DNA of 64,000 nt from Pseudomonadota bacterium (GTDB lineage Bacteria > Pseudomonadota > Gammaproteobacteria > Xanthomonadales > SZUA-38): assembly GCA_039033415.1 (NCBI GenBank), contig JBCCCR010000002.1, positions 38,581-102,580 on the forward strand. Direction: 5' to 3'. The position numbers were made by a program, and so were the translations under genes. Of the stretch, positions 34,471-44,194 are shown piece by piece; within the stretch, counting starts at the first letter, position 1; each line of letters starts with the position of its first letter. Under the pieces are notes generated by a model. That model did no database searches and was not told the origin of the DNA. It saw only the letters and a program-made list of their open reading frames with translations.

Positions 34471-36635
34471 CCACGGAAGGCGAGGAAGGCCCTAGCGAGA
34501 AACAGCAGCAGCTGATGTCGCTGATCACCGAGGCGTTTCGTGGCGCCTCGACGCAGCCGGAGCGAGAGCCCGGACTGTTCCAATGGCGCCACCTCGAGGT
34601 CATGGAGAAGATCGGCGAAGGTGGCTTTGGCGAAGTTTACCGGGCCTATGATTCGCAGCTCCGGCGCGACGTTGCCCTAAAGCTCAACCGCGGCAGTGAC
34701 GCCGACCGGCTGGCTCGGGAGGGGGTGATGGCGGAGGCTCGGCGCATGGCGAGGCTGCGCCATCCGAACATCCTCGCCGTCCATGGGGCCGATGAAGCTG
34801 ACGGCCGCATGGGCATCTGGTTCGATCTGCTGCATGGCGAAACCCTCGAACAACGATGTGAAACCCAGACTCGACTCGAACCTACTGAGGTGCTCGCGCT
34901 CGCTCTGCCGATCGCCTCCGCGCTAAGTCTGATCCACACCCGGGGACTGGTGCATGGCGACGTCAAGCCGGCCAACATCATGGTGCTGGATGACGGTGCG
35001 CCCATGCTGATGGATTTCGGCGCCGCCACCGAACCGCTTCGGCCGCAGCTGCAAACGGCCGGTTCGCCCCTGCTGATGGCGCCCGAGCAATTCACCGGCG
35101 CATCAGCCTCGCCGGCCTCGGATGTGTATGCCCTGGGCGCAACGCTTTATCGTCTGCTGGCAGGCCGGTATCCGCTGACGGCAAATTCTTTTGATGAGCT
35201 TGCCGACCTGCACGACTCAGCGACAAGACCTGAACTAACAGACCTGCCCAGAGCTTGGCGCCCGCTGCTCGCAAGGCAGCTGGATCGGGACCCCGCCAAC
35301 CGACTTAACGCGTTGCAGGTCGAAAGCCGTTTACGATTTATCGCCGAGGCGCCGCAGCGGCGCCGGCGAAGGGCCGCGCTTTCGACGGTGATCGGGTCGC
35401 TGGTGGTCGCGACTACCGTCGCCGTGATCGCCGCGCGCGTCCAGTCGCAAAGCCAGCAGCGCACGGAGGCGGTCAAAAATACGCTGGTAGAGGCGATCCA
35501 AACGGTTTCGCCCATGCGCAGCAGCAGTCCTGGCACCATCCAGAATCTTTATCAGAATCTTCTGAGCCTGGCCGAAACCCGACTCGAGCAGTTTCCGCGG
35601 GGTCAGGCGGACATGATGCTGTCAGCGGCGGAGGCGCTGGCGGGCTTTGGCGATACCGAAAAGGCGATTGCCGGGGCTAAGCGAGGTGTAGAACTGCTGG
35701 AAGCGCAGCCAGATACGAGCCCACACTCGCTGGCCACCGCATACAACATGCTGGCAACGGCCTACAACCAGGCGGAAGACTACAGCGCTTCGCTTGCCAT
35801 ATCGCAAAAGACGCTCGCGGTTCTTGAGGGGCAGGACTTTAAGACGGCGCCGGAGCTAACGCTGGTTGCGCACAACAAGATCTACTTTGCGCTGGACGGA
35901 TTGGGACGTTGGCGAGAAGCGCTATCCGCGCAGCGAGCGCTGTTGTCTGCCCGGAAAGATCTCTACGGCGAGGACAGCATGCGCATGGCCGTCGACCACC
36001 ATAATCTGGCCACAACGCTGATCAATGTCGGCGATTATGCGGAGGCGGTTGGACACTCACAGCGCGCCGTCGAAATCCTAAGGGCAAACGGCCACGCCGA
36101 ATCAGCGCGCATGGGGATTGCGCTCGGCGCGCTGGGCCGAGGCCAGCTGAGCCAGGGTGACCTTGCGGCGGCCGCCGAAACTCAAGCCCGCGCCCATGCG
36201 CTCCTGGAGAGCTTCTTTGGCCCGGATCACCGACGGGTCCTGGGGCTCGAGATTCTCAAGGCCCGAATCGATATCGCCCAAGGCGAGAAAGATCCGAGCA
36301 TCAACAGGCTGAAGGAACTTGAGAACGCTGAGGCGCTGACTGAACTAGACCGTTTTCAGCTGCGACGCGTGCTGGCGGATGCCGCTGCGGACAACCAGCA
36401 GTGGGCTGAGGCAATAGCCTACTGGGATAGAGCGCTGGCGGAGCTGCCCGACGCGGAACGCCCTATCCGACAGGTTCTGGTTTCCGCACGTGCCTATGCA
36501 GCCTTTCGGGCAGGCATGACCGAGACGTCACCGTTGCCCGAGCTGAATAGCGCGCTTGCGGCGCTCACCGATCAAGGTCTTGACAGCGTCTGGGGCACCG
36601 AGCGCCTGCGTAGCTGGGTCGACACACTGCCCTAG
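34467..36635 (+). CDS. Ser/Thr protein kinase with transmembrane segment and C-terminal TPR repeats
   Basis: Hanks kinase motifs GEGGFGEVY, VALK, HGDVKPANIM, DFG, APE; TM helix after kinase domain; TPR-like repeats in C-terminal 350 aa; 4-nt overlap with sigma factor gene. Confidence 0.8.
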   Translation: MTTEGEEGPSEKQQQLMSLITEAFRGASTQPEREPGLFQWRHLEVMEKIGEGGFGEVYRAYDSQLRRDVALKLNRGSDADRLAREGVMAEARRMARLRHPNILAVHGADEADGRMGIWFDLLHGETLEQRCETQTRLEPTEVLALALPIASALSLIHTRGLVHGDVKPANIMVLDDGAPMLMDFGAATEPLRPQLQTAGSPLLMAPEQFTGASASPASDVYALGATLYRLLAGRYPLTANSFDELADLHDSATRPELTDLPRAWRPLLARQLDRDPANRLNALQVESRLRFIAEAPQRRRRRAALSTVIGSLVVATTVAVIAARVQSQSQQRTEAVKNTLVEAIQTVSPMRSSSPGTIQNLYQNLLSLAETRLEQFPRGQADMMLSAAEALAGFGDTEKAIAGAKRGVELLEAQPDTSPHSLATAYNMLATAYNQAEDYSASLAISQKTLAVLEGQDFKTAPELTLVAHNKIYFALDGLGRWREALSAQRALLSARKDLYGEDSMRMAVDHHNLATTLINVGDYAEAVGHSQRAVEILRANGHAESARMGIALGALGRGQLSQGDLAAAAETQARAHALLESFFGPDHRRVLGLEILKARIDIAQGEKDPSINRLKELENAEALTELDRFQLRRVLADAAADNQQWAEAIAYWDRALAELPDAERPIRQVLVSARAYAAFRAGMTETSPLPELNSALAALTDQGLDSVWGTERLRSWVDTLP

Positions 36636-38971
36636 CGGATGGCAGCCTCTTTGAGCTGCTGGTCCATGGTTTCGAGCTGCTCGAACCAGGACTCGGGTGT
36701 GTCCTCGTTGGCCAGGTAGGCACGTCTCGCCAAACCGGCATGATGCTGCGCCTTTGAAACCTCTCCAAGCTGCTGACGCGCCAGCGCCACCTTGTAATGA
36801 AATCGCCCGGTGTAAAGATGCTCTTCGCCGTAGGCCTCTGGCGCCATATCGGCGGCGGCCTGGAGTTCAACCACCGCCTCGGCCAAGCGCTTGGCGTTCA
36901 GCATCAAACTACCGTAATTGTGGCGAAGCACGAGCGTCTCAGGATGTTCCACACCAAGGTTTCCTGCGATCATCCGATAAGCCTCCCCGGACGCCTCGAC
37001 TGCTTTATCCAGGTCCCCCAGCAGCTCATAGGTCTGGGCCAGATTTCCCAGCGCGATTGCCAGGTCGGGATGCGCGTCACTGATTTCCCGATGCAGCTCG
37101 ATGCTTTTCTCGTAGGCCTCAACCGACTTCGAATAGCTCTCCTGATAGTCGTAAACGACCGCCAGATTGTTGTAGAGCACGGCATGATTCAGCGGATCGA
37201 TCGTGACACCCTGCGCGATCAGCGTCTGCGCCTCAAGCCCTAGATCAACCGCCTCGTCATAGCGCTCGAGATTGGGCAGCAGCCCCGTCAGTCCAATCAG
37301 CGTGTCCATATAAACGGTCCGACCGAGCGTCGATGAATCCTTCGCAGCGAGAGCTTTGGCCTTCTCAAAGGCCGTTCGGGCATTCTCAAAATCACCCTCA
37401 TTCCAAAGAATCGTACCCAGCTGCGCGTGCGCTTTGGCCTCGTTGCGAGGTGGGCCATGCACTTGAAAGTGCGCGAGTGCGAGCTGCAGCTGCTCCCGTG
37501 CCGCTTCCACCTTAGCCTGGCCGGAAAGCGCGATCCCGATCGTGTAGCGCAAGTCCGCCTGGAGTGCTGGCTGTCCGGCAAAATCCGAATCGATGCTTGG
37601 AATCGATCTCAGCACCGCGTCGGCAACGGTCGTTTCGCCGCCGCTTTGGAACGGATCTGATGTCGATATCATGTCCAGCAGAAACGACTTCGCCGCCTCG
37701 GCGCGATCAGCCTCTTGCCGGGCCATGCGCGCACTCTGGGTCACGCTAATTAGCGCACCCGACAGCGCGATGATGACCACCGCAACCGCAATCGACACCG
37801 TCCGATGGCGCTGAAGAAACTTGCCGGCTCGATACAGGCGGGATGCGCCACGCGCGTTGACCGGGTGTCCTGACAGGTAGCGCTCAATGTCCCGCGACAA
37901 GGAGCCGGCCGAGCGATAGCGCCGATCGGGCTCCTTGCTCAGGGCCGTCATCACGATCCGATCGATGTCTCCCCGAAGCTGACGCTTGAGTTCGCCGGCG
38001 GTGGTGAGACCCAGCGGCGGAGCTGATCGACGTTTAGAAACCCGCTCGCTGGGGTCAGCAGGAATGGTATGGCAAACCGTACGCTCCACCTCGGCGGGCG
38101 TGAGCGTTGAAATTTGGTAGGGGCGAACGCCAGTCAGCATCTCGTAAAGCATGACGCCCAGCGAATAAACGTCGGTGGCCTGGCTCACGTTCTCACCCAG
38201 CACCTGCTCGGGGCTGGCGTACTCAGGCGTCAACGCCTGAAACCGGGTCAACGTCTTGCCGTCGGGCAGGCCAAAGGCGCCAGGATCGATAACTTTGGCG
38301 ATGCCGAAATCGATCACTCGAGGTTCGCCGTCTTCGTCAACCAGCACGTTTCCGGGCTTGATGTCCCGATGGATGATGCCTCGATCGTGCGCTACCTCCA
38401 GCGCGTCGCAGACTTTTTGCAGCAGCGCCAGGCGGCTGGGGACATCGAGCTTCTGTTGAGCACAGTAGGCGGTGATCGATTGGCCTCGAATCAGCTCCAT
38501 GGCGACGTAGGGAAGACCGCTGTCGGTGGTGCCACCGTCGATCAGTCGCGCGATGCCCGGGTGCTCGAGGGTTGCCAGGATCTGCCGCTCTGCGTGGAAG
38601 CGCGCCAGCATTGGCCCGGACATGCGCTGGGTCTCGAAGACCTTTACCGCCACCTCCTGCTCAAACTCTCCGTCAGCCCGCCGGGCACGAAACACACGCC
38701 CCGCGCCACCGGCACCAATTTCCTCGAGCAGTTCGAACGAGCCAGCGCGATCTCCGGGGCCGGCCAACACGTTGGGCAGCACCGGCTGATCCAACAGGCT
38801 GTCCTTAACCTGGTCAGCAGCCAGCAGCTTAAGCACCAGCGCCAGGAGCTCTGGTTGCTCCTGGCATTCGGCCGCGAGCCAGCGATAGCGGTCGGCCTCC
38901 GGCTGCTCCAGGCTTTCGTTGAACAGAGCCAGCGCCCGGCGCTGGGTGTCTTGTGACGTAGCTGTTTCCAA
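36632..38971 (-). CDS. Ser/Thr protein kinase with conserved N-terminal extension, TM segment and C-terminal TPR repeats (paralog, convergent)
   Basis: HRDIKPGNVL, DFGIAK, SPE motifs; N-terminal ...RYRWLAAECQEQPELLALVLKLLAAD motif common in bacterial STKs; TPR repeats; stop codon overlaps stop of the + strand kinase. Confidence 0.8.
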   Translation of the reverse strand: METATSQDTQRRALALFNESLEQPEADRYRWLAAECQEQPELLALVLKLLAADQVKDSLLDQPVLPNVLAGPGDRAGSFELLEEIGAGGAGRVFRARRADGEFEQEVAVKVFETQRMSGPMLARFHAERQILATLEHPGIARLIDGGTTDSGLPYVAMELIRGQSITAYCAQQKLDVPSRLALLQKVCDALEVAHDRGIIHRDIKPGNVLVDEDGEPRVIDFGIAKVIDPGAFGLPDGKTLTRFQALTPEYASPEQVLGENVSQATDVYSLGVMLYEMLTGVRPYQISTLTPAEVERTVCHTIPADPSERVSKRRSAPPLGLTTAGELKRQLRGDIDRIVMTALSKEPDRRYRSAGSLSRDIERYLSGHPVNARGASRLYRAGKFLQRHRTVSIAVAVVIIALSGALISVTQSARMARQEADRAEAAKSFLLDMISTSDPFQSGGETTVADAVLRSIPSIDSDFAGQPALQADLRYTIGIALSGQAKVEAAREQLQLALAHFQVHGPPRNEAKAHAQLGTILWNEGDFENARTAFEKAKALAAKDSSTLGRTVYMDTLIGLTGLLPNLERYDEAVDLGLEAQTLIAQGVTIDPLNHAVLYNNLAVVYDYQESYSKSVEAYEKSIELHREISDAHPDLAIALGNLAQTYELLGDLDKAVEASGEAYRMIAGNLGVEHPETLVLRHNYGSLMLNAKRLAEAVVELQAAADMAPEAYGEEHLYTGRFHYKVALARQQLGEVSKAQHHAGLARRAYLANEDTPESWFEQLETMDQQLKEAAIR

Positions 38972-39220
38972 CGGTCTGGTCCGCGTTGGTTAGCCCTCAG
39001 TTTAAGCGAAGCGCCAAAGCGTGTCCGTCCCGCAATCGGCGACGATAAAAATCTGCGGCGGTGGATTTCTTATGTGTCGCTACGCGAGCCCGTACTGCCG
39101 GTTCAAGGAAGCGCTTTACCGTTTCATCGCCGCCATTGCCGATTCGTCGCGTCAGCCTGTCGTGAGCCAAAAGTCTGTGCACACTAGTTGCCGTATCCAC
39201 AACCAATAGGCAGCAACCGC

Positions 39221-39676
39221 ATGGCAATTTCTTCTTTTGCACGCTACACCTTCGTTCTCGGACTCAGCGTTGGTCTCTGGTCTTCGCCGATGTCTGTGGC
39301 TGCCGAAACCACCGGGGCCAATCCGCTCCGCATCGAAATCGTCAATATCGAAAGCGCTAAGGGAGCGCTCCGCCTGCAGATCCTCGACAGCAAGGCCGCT
39401 TTTGGTGGATCCGGCGGTTCGGTGGCGGCGTTCATCGTGCCGGCGGTTGAGGGCTCCGTTGAACTGAGCCTAAATTCGCTCCCGGCAGGCGAGTACGCCA
39501 TTCGCGTCATGCAGGACACGGACGGTGACGGCGAGCTGGGGACCAACGCGATTGGGATGCCCAACGAGCCCTGGGGCATCTCCAACGACGCGGTGGGCCA
39601 GTTTGGGCCGCCCAGCTGGTCGGACGCCAAATTTTCGCTACCCGAAACAACGCAGCAAACGATCACGCTCCGCTAA
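39221..39676 (+). CDS. DUF2141 family secreted protein
   Basis: Signal peptide; motif DTDGDGELGTNAIGMPNEPWGISND typical of DUF2141; start chosen at internal Met 39221 (the track ORF starts 39188). Confidence 0.55.
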   Translation: MAISSFARYTFVLGLSVGLWSSPMSVAAETTGANPLRIEIVNIESAKGALRLQILDSKAAFGGSGGSVAAFIVPAVEGSVELSLNSLPAGEYAIRVMQDTDGDGELGTNAIGMPNEPWGISNDAVGQFGPPSWSDAKFSLPETTQQTITLR

Positions 39677-41211
39677 TGAATCGGCGCGACTTTCTCTCAC
39701 GCCTGGCGACCGCATCAGCGGCGACAACTTTGGGCTTGCGAAGCGCCAACGCGCTGGCGGCCGATTCCTGGTTCACCGATTACCACAACGCCGCGGAGCG
39801 GGCGCCCTGGCTCCTGGCGTATCGCAGCGTCGAGCGGGAATCATTCGCGGCGGAGGTCGCGGTTGAGGGACAGTGGCCGAAATTATTGAACGGCGTTCTT
39901 TACCGCAACGGCCCTGCACAGCACGATATCGGCAACTACCGCTACCGCCATTGGTTCGATGGAGACGGCTTGGTTCAGCGTTTCGAGGTGACCGAAGGCA
40001 AGCTCCGTCACGCGGGCCAGATGGTGCAGACCGCCAAGCGTCGCCGGGAGCAATCACTAGGGCGAGCGGCGCTACCCGCGTTTGGTTCCTCGCCACCCAA
40101 CGGTGTTGGCGTGGCGAGGGCTGACGATCTGAATCCGGCCAACATCAGCATGCTGTGGCATCACCAGCGTTTGATGGCGCTATGGGAGGCGGGGTCTCCG
40201 CACGAGATCGAGCCGACAGACCTGTCGACCCGTGGCCTTCACCACTTTTCCCAAGAGACCGCTGGCCTGCCCTTTTCCGCGCATCCCAAGGTCGAGCCTG
40301 ACGGCACGCTGTGGAACTTTGGGTATGCAAGCGGCAGCGGTCGCATCGTCCTTTGGCATCTCAACCGGCGCGGTGAGGTGGAAAACCTGAAGGCGCTCTC
40401 GGTCGGTCCAACCGGCATGCCGCACGACTTTGTGGTCACCGAGCGCTATATCGTGCTGCTGTTGGCGCCGGTGCACCGAAAGGAGGGAGAGGCGACCCAT
40501 CGCGGCTTTCTGGGCCTGCATCGCTGGCACCCGGATCTGCCGTCGCGGGTGCTGGTGGTCGACAAACACCGCCTTGAGCTAGTCCGCGAACTGGAGCTGC
40601 CCGCCCAGTGGATCTTTCATTTCGGCAATGGGTTTGATGATGGGAACGGCGTGCTCCGTTTTGATGCTGCTCGCCACGGCAATCCGAACGTGATGTTCAA
40701 CACGCTCAGCGACGTCATGCGCGGGCGATGGACGCCCAGCGAACACGCCCGCTGGTTTGAGTACAGGCTGGACCTGAACACGGGGCGGGCCAGCGAGACG
40801 CTCGTCCTTGGGCCATCGCTGGGCGTCGAGTTCCCCACGGTTCACGGCAGTGAGGTTGGCAGACCCCACGAGCGCGTTGTGATGTTGAGTGGCGACGCCA
40901 GCCGGACGAGCCAGCCCGGCGACCTGAACCAGGTGAGCTGCTGGAACCGGAACGCGGATAGGCTAGATACCTATCGCTATCCCGCTGACCATATGGTCGA
41001 GGAGCATCTGCTGGTCAGCGATCCAGCGGCCAAGCAGGGCCAGGGTGGCTGGATTGTCGGCACGGCGCTGGATTGCGCGAAGCAGGCGACGCGCCTCAGC
41101 GTTTTTGCCGCCGACCGGCTGGCGGATGGGCCGCTGGCGCAGGCGACCCTGCCCTACGCGCTGCCGCTGGGCCTTCACGGCACTTTTGTTCCCAAGACAA
41201 GCAGCGGTTAA
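39676..41211 (+). CDS. Tat-exported carotenoid cleavage oxygenase (RPE65/CCO family, lignostilbene-dioxygenase-like)
   Basis: Twin-arginine signal MNRRDFLSRLATASAATTLGLRSANALA; HWFDGDG motif and four-His iron ligand pattern; TAATG overlap with DUF2141 gene. Confidence 0.8.
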   Translation: MNRRDFLSRLATASAATTLGLRSANALAADSWFTDYHNAAERAPWLLAYRSVERESFAAEVAVEGQWPKLLNGVLYRNGPAQHDIGNYRYRHWFDGDGLVQRFEVTEGKLRHAGQMVQTAKRRREQSLGRAALPAFGSSPPNGVGVARADDLNPANISMLWHHQRLMALWEAGSPHEIEPTDLSTRGLHHFSQETAGLPFSAHPKVEPDGTLWNFGYASGSGRIVLWHLNRRGEVENLKALSVGPTGMPHDFVVTERYIVLLLAPVHRKEGEATHRGFLGLHRWHPDLPSRVLVVDKHRLELVRELELPAQWIFHFGNGFDDGNGVLRFDAARHGNPNVMFNTLSDVMRGRWTPSEHARWFEYRLDLNTGRASETLVLGPSLGVEFPTVHGSEVGRPHERVVMLSGDASRTSQPGDLNQVSCWNRNADRLDTYRYPADHMVEEHLLVSDPAAKQGQGGWIVGTALDCAKQATRLSVFAADRLADGPLAQATLPYALPLGLHGTFVPKTSSG

Positions 41212-41221
41212 CGTTAGCCGG

Positions 41222-42295
41222 ATGAATCGTTCGATGAAACTCGGCCGGCCCGCGACCACCGAGGCTGTGAGCACGGCTCAGCGCGCTGCCCGCTTTCTGA
41301 GAACCGGCGTTTACTGCGTGGCGGTTGCCGCACTGCTTGCGTATCTCGGCATCAGCGATTTTTCTGCAGCGCTGCTGGTGTCGTTTTGCGTGGGTTTTTC
41401 CATCACTGCAGCATTTACCCTCCTGCAGACTCGACTGGAACAGATGCTAGGCCCCTGGCTGAGCGCGGCCTCGCTGATTGTGGTCGGCGTTGTGTCGGGA
41501 CTGATGATTTCAGGCGCATTGCGGTATGGGGATCCGCTGATTCTGATCGTCGCCAATCCGGGGACGCTGCTGCTGTGTCTGGCCCTCGGCATCGGCGGCT
41601 ATCTGGTTGTCGGTACGCGGGGGCGACTGCTGCAGAGCCGGGTCCGTATCGCCGAGCTCGAGCGCACCCAGGCCCAGCAGGCTCAGCAGCTCGCCGAAAA
41701 CCAGCTGAAGCTGCTCCAGGCCCAAATCGAGCCCCACTTTTTGTTTAACACGCTGGGCAATATTCAGGGTCTGATCGATTCTGACCCCGCCACGGCACAG
41801 CACCTGGTGGAAAAGCTCACCGCCTTGCTGCGGCGCAGCCTGACCCAAACGCGAACGAAGCTGATCAGCCTGCGGCAGGAGAGCGAGCTGGTCCGCGACT
41901 ACCTGGCTATCCAGGTGATTCGCATGGGTGGCCGTCTGACTTTTGAAATCGAGCTAGCGCCGGATGTTGAGGGACTCTCGATACCCCCACTGCTGCTTCA
42001 GCCGCTGGTGGAAAACGCGATTACCCACGGGATTGAACCTCGTAAAGGCCCTGGCCACGTCTCGGTGATCGCACGTCGCGATCGTGGATCGCTGCAGCTT
42101 CGGGTGGTGGACAACGGTGTGGGCCTGACGCCGACCGGCAGCCCTGCATCGGGCACCGGGACGGCATTGGCGAACATTCGCGCGAGACTGCAGGCCCTCT
42201 ATGACGGCGACGCAACGCTCCGCCTGCTCGAAAACCCGCCGGCTGGCGTTTGCGCAGAGCTGCGACTGCCTGTCGATTTGCCGGAGAACTCTTAG
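41222..42295 (+). CDS. LytS/YehU-family sensor histidine kinase
   Basis: Multiple N-terminal TM helices, HFLFNTLGNI His-kinase motif, ATPase domain; start at in-frame ATG 41222 downstream of dioxygenase stop (the track start 41045 overlaps upstream gene). Confidence 0.75.
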   Translation: MNRSMKLGRPATTEAVSTAQRAARFLRTGVYCVAVAALLAYLGISDFSAALLVSFCVGFSITAAFTLLQTRLEQMLGPWLSAASLIVVGVVSGLMISGALRYGDPLILIVANPGTLLLCLALGIGGYLVVGTRGRLLQSRVRIAELERTQAQQAQQLAENQLKLLQAQIEPHFLFNTLGNIQGLIDSDPATAQHLVEKLTALLRRSLTQTRTKLISLRQESELVRDYLAIQVIRMGGRLTFEIELAPDVEGLSIPPLLLQPLVENAITHGIEPRKGPGHVSVIARRDRGSLQLRVVDNGVGLTPTGSPASGTGTALANIRARLQALYDGDATLRLLENPPAGVCAELRLPVDLPENS

Positions 42296-42297
42296 GG

Positions 42298-43116
42298 ATG
42301 GCATGTGTGGTAGTCGCTGACGACGAGCCGCACGTTCGGCGACGCCTCATCAGTCTGCTGTCATCGGTGTGGCAGGACCATGGGCACGGCGGGCTCGAGG
42401 TGGTCGGCGAAGCCGAGGACGGCGAGCAGGCGGTAGAAATGATCCAGCGGTTTCAGCCGGATATCGCCTTCCTCGATATCCGGATGCCCGAGCTGTCGGG
42501 GCTAGAGGCGGCGCGGCGCCTGGCCGACCAGCCGACGCCTTGCGGAACCCTGCTCGTTTTTGTCACGGCCTTCGACGATCACGCGATCGAGGCATTCGAG
42601 GCCAGCGCCGTCGACTACCTGCTCAAACCGGTTGCGCGCCAGCGGCTCACCCAAACCGTACAACGGCTCTCCGAGCACCTGAGCAGCGGCAACACGAACA
42701 GGACACCTGCCGCAGAGTCAACGGCGGCTGACCCGATTGGCGATCTCCTTAAGCGTATCGATGAACTGCAAAGTGCTCGGTCCGCGCCGCCGACGCTGAA
42801 ATGGCTGCGGGCATCTCGCGGCGACGAGGTCGAACTGGTTGCGGTAGACGACGTGATTTATTTCCAGGCAGGCCAAAAATACGTGGCGGCGGTCACGGCG
42901 GAGAAAGAACATCTGCTGCGCATCAGCCTCAAGGAGCTTGTCGGGCAGCTCGATCGGGAGAAGTTTTGGCAGATTCACCGGGCGATTATCGTCAACGTCA
43001 GCCAGATCAAAAGTGCGCGACGAGACCTGCGAGGCCGGTACGTCCTTCAACTCCACGACCGAAAAGAAACGCTCCGCAGCAGCCTGGCCTATGCTGACCT
43101 TTTTCGCTCCATGTAG
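42298..43116 (+). CDS. LytTR-family response regulator
   Basis: REC domain (VVVADDEPHVRRRL...DIAFLDIRMPELSG) + C-terminal LytTR DNA-binding domain. Confidence 0.8.
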   Translation: MACVVVADDEPHVRRRLISLLSSVWQDHGHGGLEVVGEAEDGEQAVEMIQRFQPDIAFLDIRMPELSGLEAARRLADQPTPCGTLLVFVTAFDDHAIEAFEASAVDYLLKPVARQRLTQTVQRLSEHLSSGNTNRTPAAESTAADPIGDLLKRIDELQSARSAPPTLKWLRASRGDEVELVAVDDVIYFQAGQKYVAAVTAEKEHLLRISLKELVGQLDREKFWQIHRAIIVNVSQIKSARRDLRGRYVLQLHDRKETLRSSLAYADLFRSM

Positions 43117-43263
43117 TCCAAATTATGAAATGAAACGTTGCGCAGCTTGCCGTTCCTCGGGCTCGCTCACTATAGTTTGAGGCGTCGCAAAGCGGAGGTC
43201 CGCTCGTGTGACTCTGGACTTTTTGAAACCGACAGATCGCTTACGCTGCAATCAGAGGCCGCC

Positions 43264-44187
43264 ATGAAAATTGCCATTCCCGATTTGATTTCAAACTCCT
43301 ATTTCCCGGCGGCGGCCGCCGTGGAACTGGGCTTTTTCCAAGAGGAAGGGCTCGACATGGAGCTGGAGCTGATTTTTCCTTTCGATCGCACGCTAGAGGT
43401 GATGCGGGACGGTGGCGTCGATTTCGTCGGCGGATCAGCCCACAGCGTACCGCACGCGTTTCCAAGCTGGCAGGGTGCCAAAGTGCTGGCATCACTTGCT
43501 CAGGGCATGTACTGGTTTTTGATCATGCGTTCAGATCTCAACGCCACCCACGGCGACATATCCTGCGTCAAAGGCCGCACGATCGGCGCCGCACCGCTGG
43601 TGGATCTTGGACTCAAGCAGCTGCTGATCGAGTCGGGTATTGACCTGGAGGCCGATGAGGTGAACATTGCGCCGGTACCCGGTGCGTTTCTTGGCGACAG
43701 CAAGAACTTCGGCGTTGCCGCGGCCAAAGCGCTGGAAGCGAGCCTGATCGACGGCTTCTGGGCCAACGGCATGGGGGCGGAAGTCGCCATCCGGCACGGC
43801 GCGGGCACGATGGTGATCGACGCCCGGCGCGGAGACGGACCCCCGAACGCGTTCAACTACACGATGCCCGCGCTGATCACGACCGATAAACTGATTGAAG
43901 AGCAGCCCGATGCTGCCCGAGCCGCAATCCGCGCGATCAAGAAGACGCATGCGGCGCTAAAAGAAGATGTCACCTTGGCAACCGAAGTTGGGCGCAGGCT
44001 CTTTCCCGAGGAAGAAGCCGCGCTGATCGCCGACGTGGTCACCCGCGACCTTCCTTACTACGACGTCGCTGTGTCCGAGGAATTTGTTTTCGGGATGAGC
44101 GCTTTCTCCCAGGCCCAGGGGTTGATGACTGACAACGTCCCCTATGACCGGGTGATCAACGTGGACCTCACGACGGAATGGGCCTGA
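43264..44187 (+). CDS. NMT1/THI5-like (ABC substrate-binding-protein-like) domain protein, no signal peptide
   Basis: SsuA/TauA/NMT1-like fold motifs; start at Met 43264 (MKIAIPDL); lacks N-terminal signal so probably cytoplasmic. Confidence 0.6.
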   Translation: MKIAIPDLISNSYFPAAAAVELGFFQEEGLDMELELIFPFDRTLEVMRDGGVDFVGGSAHSVPHAFPSWQGAKVLASLAQGMYWFLIMRSDLNATHGDISCVKGRTIGAAPLVDLGLKQLLIESGIDLEADEVNIAPVPGAFLGDSKNFGVAAAKALEASLIDGFWANGMGAEVAIRHGAGTMVIDARRGDGPPNAFNYTMPALITTDKLIEEQPDAARAAIRAIKKTHAALKEDVTLATEVGRRLFPEEEAALIADVVTRDLPYYDVAVSEEFVFGMSAFSQAQGLMTDNVPYDRVINVDLTTEWA

Positions 44188-44194
44188 GTAGGGA

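Noticed and set aside
41045-41221. Upstream extension of the LytS-like kinase ORF
   Set aside because: It overlaps the carotenoid oxygenase coding region in another frame. An in-frame ATG at 41222 sits just after that gene's stop.
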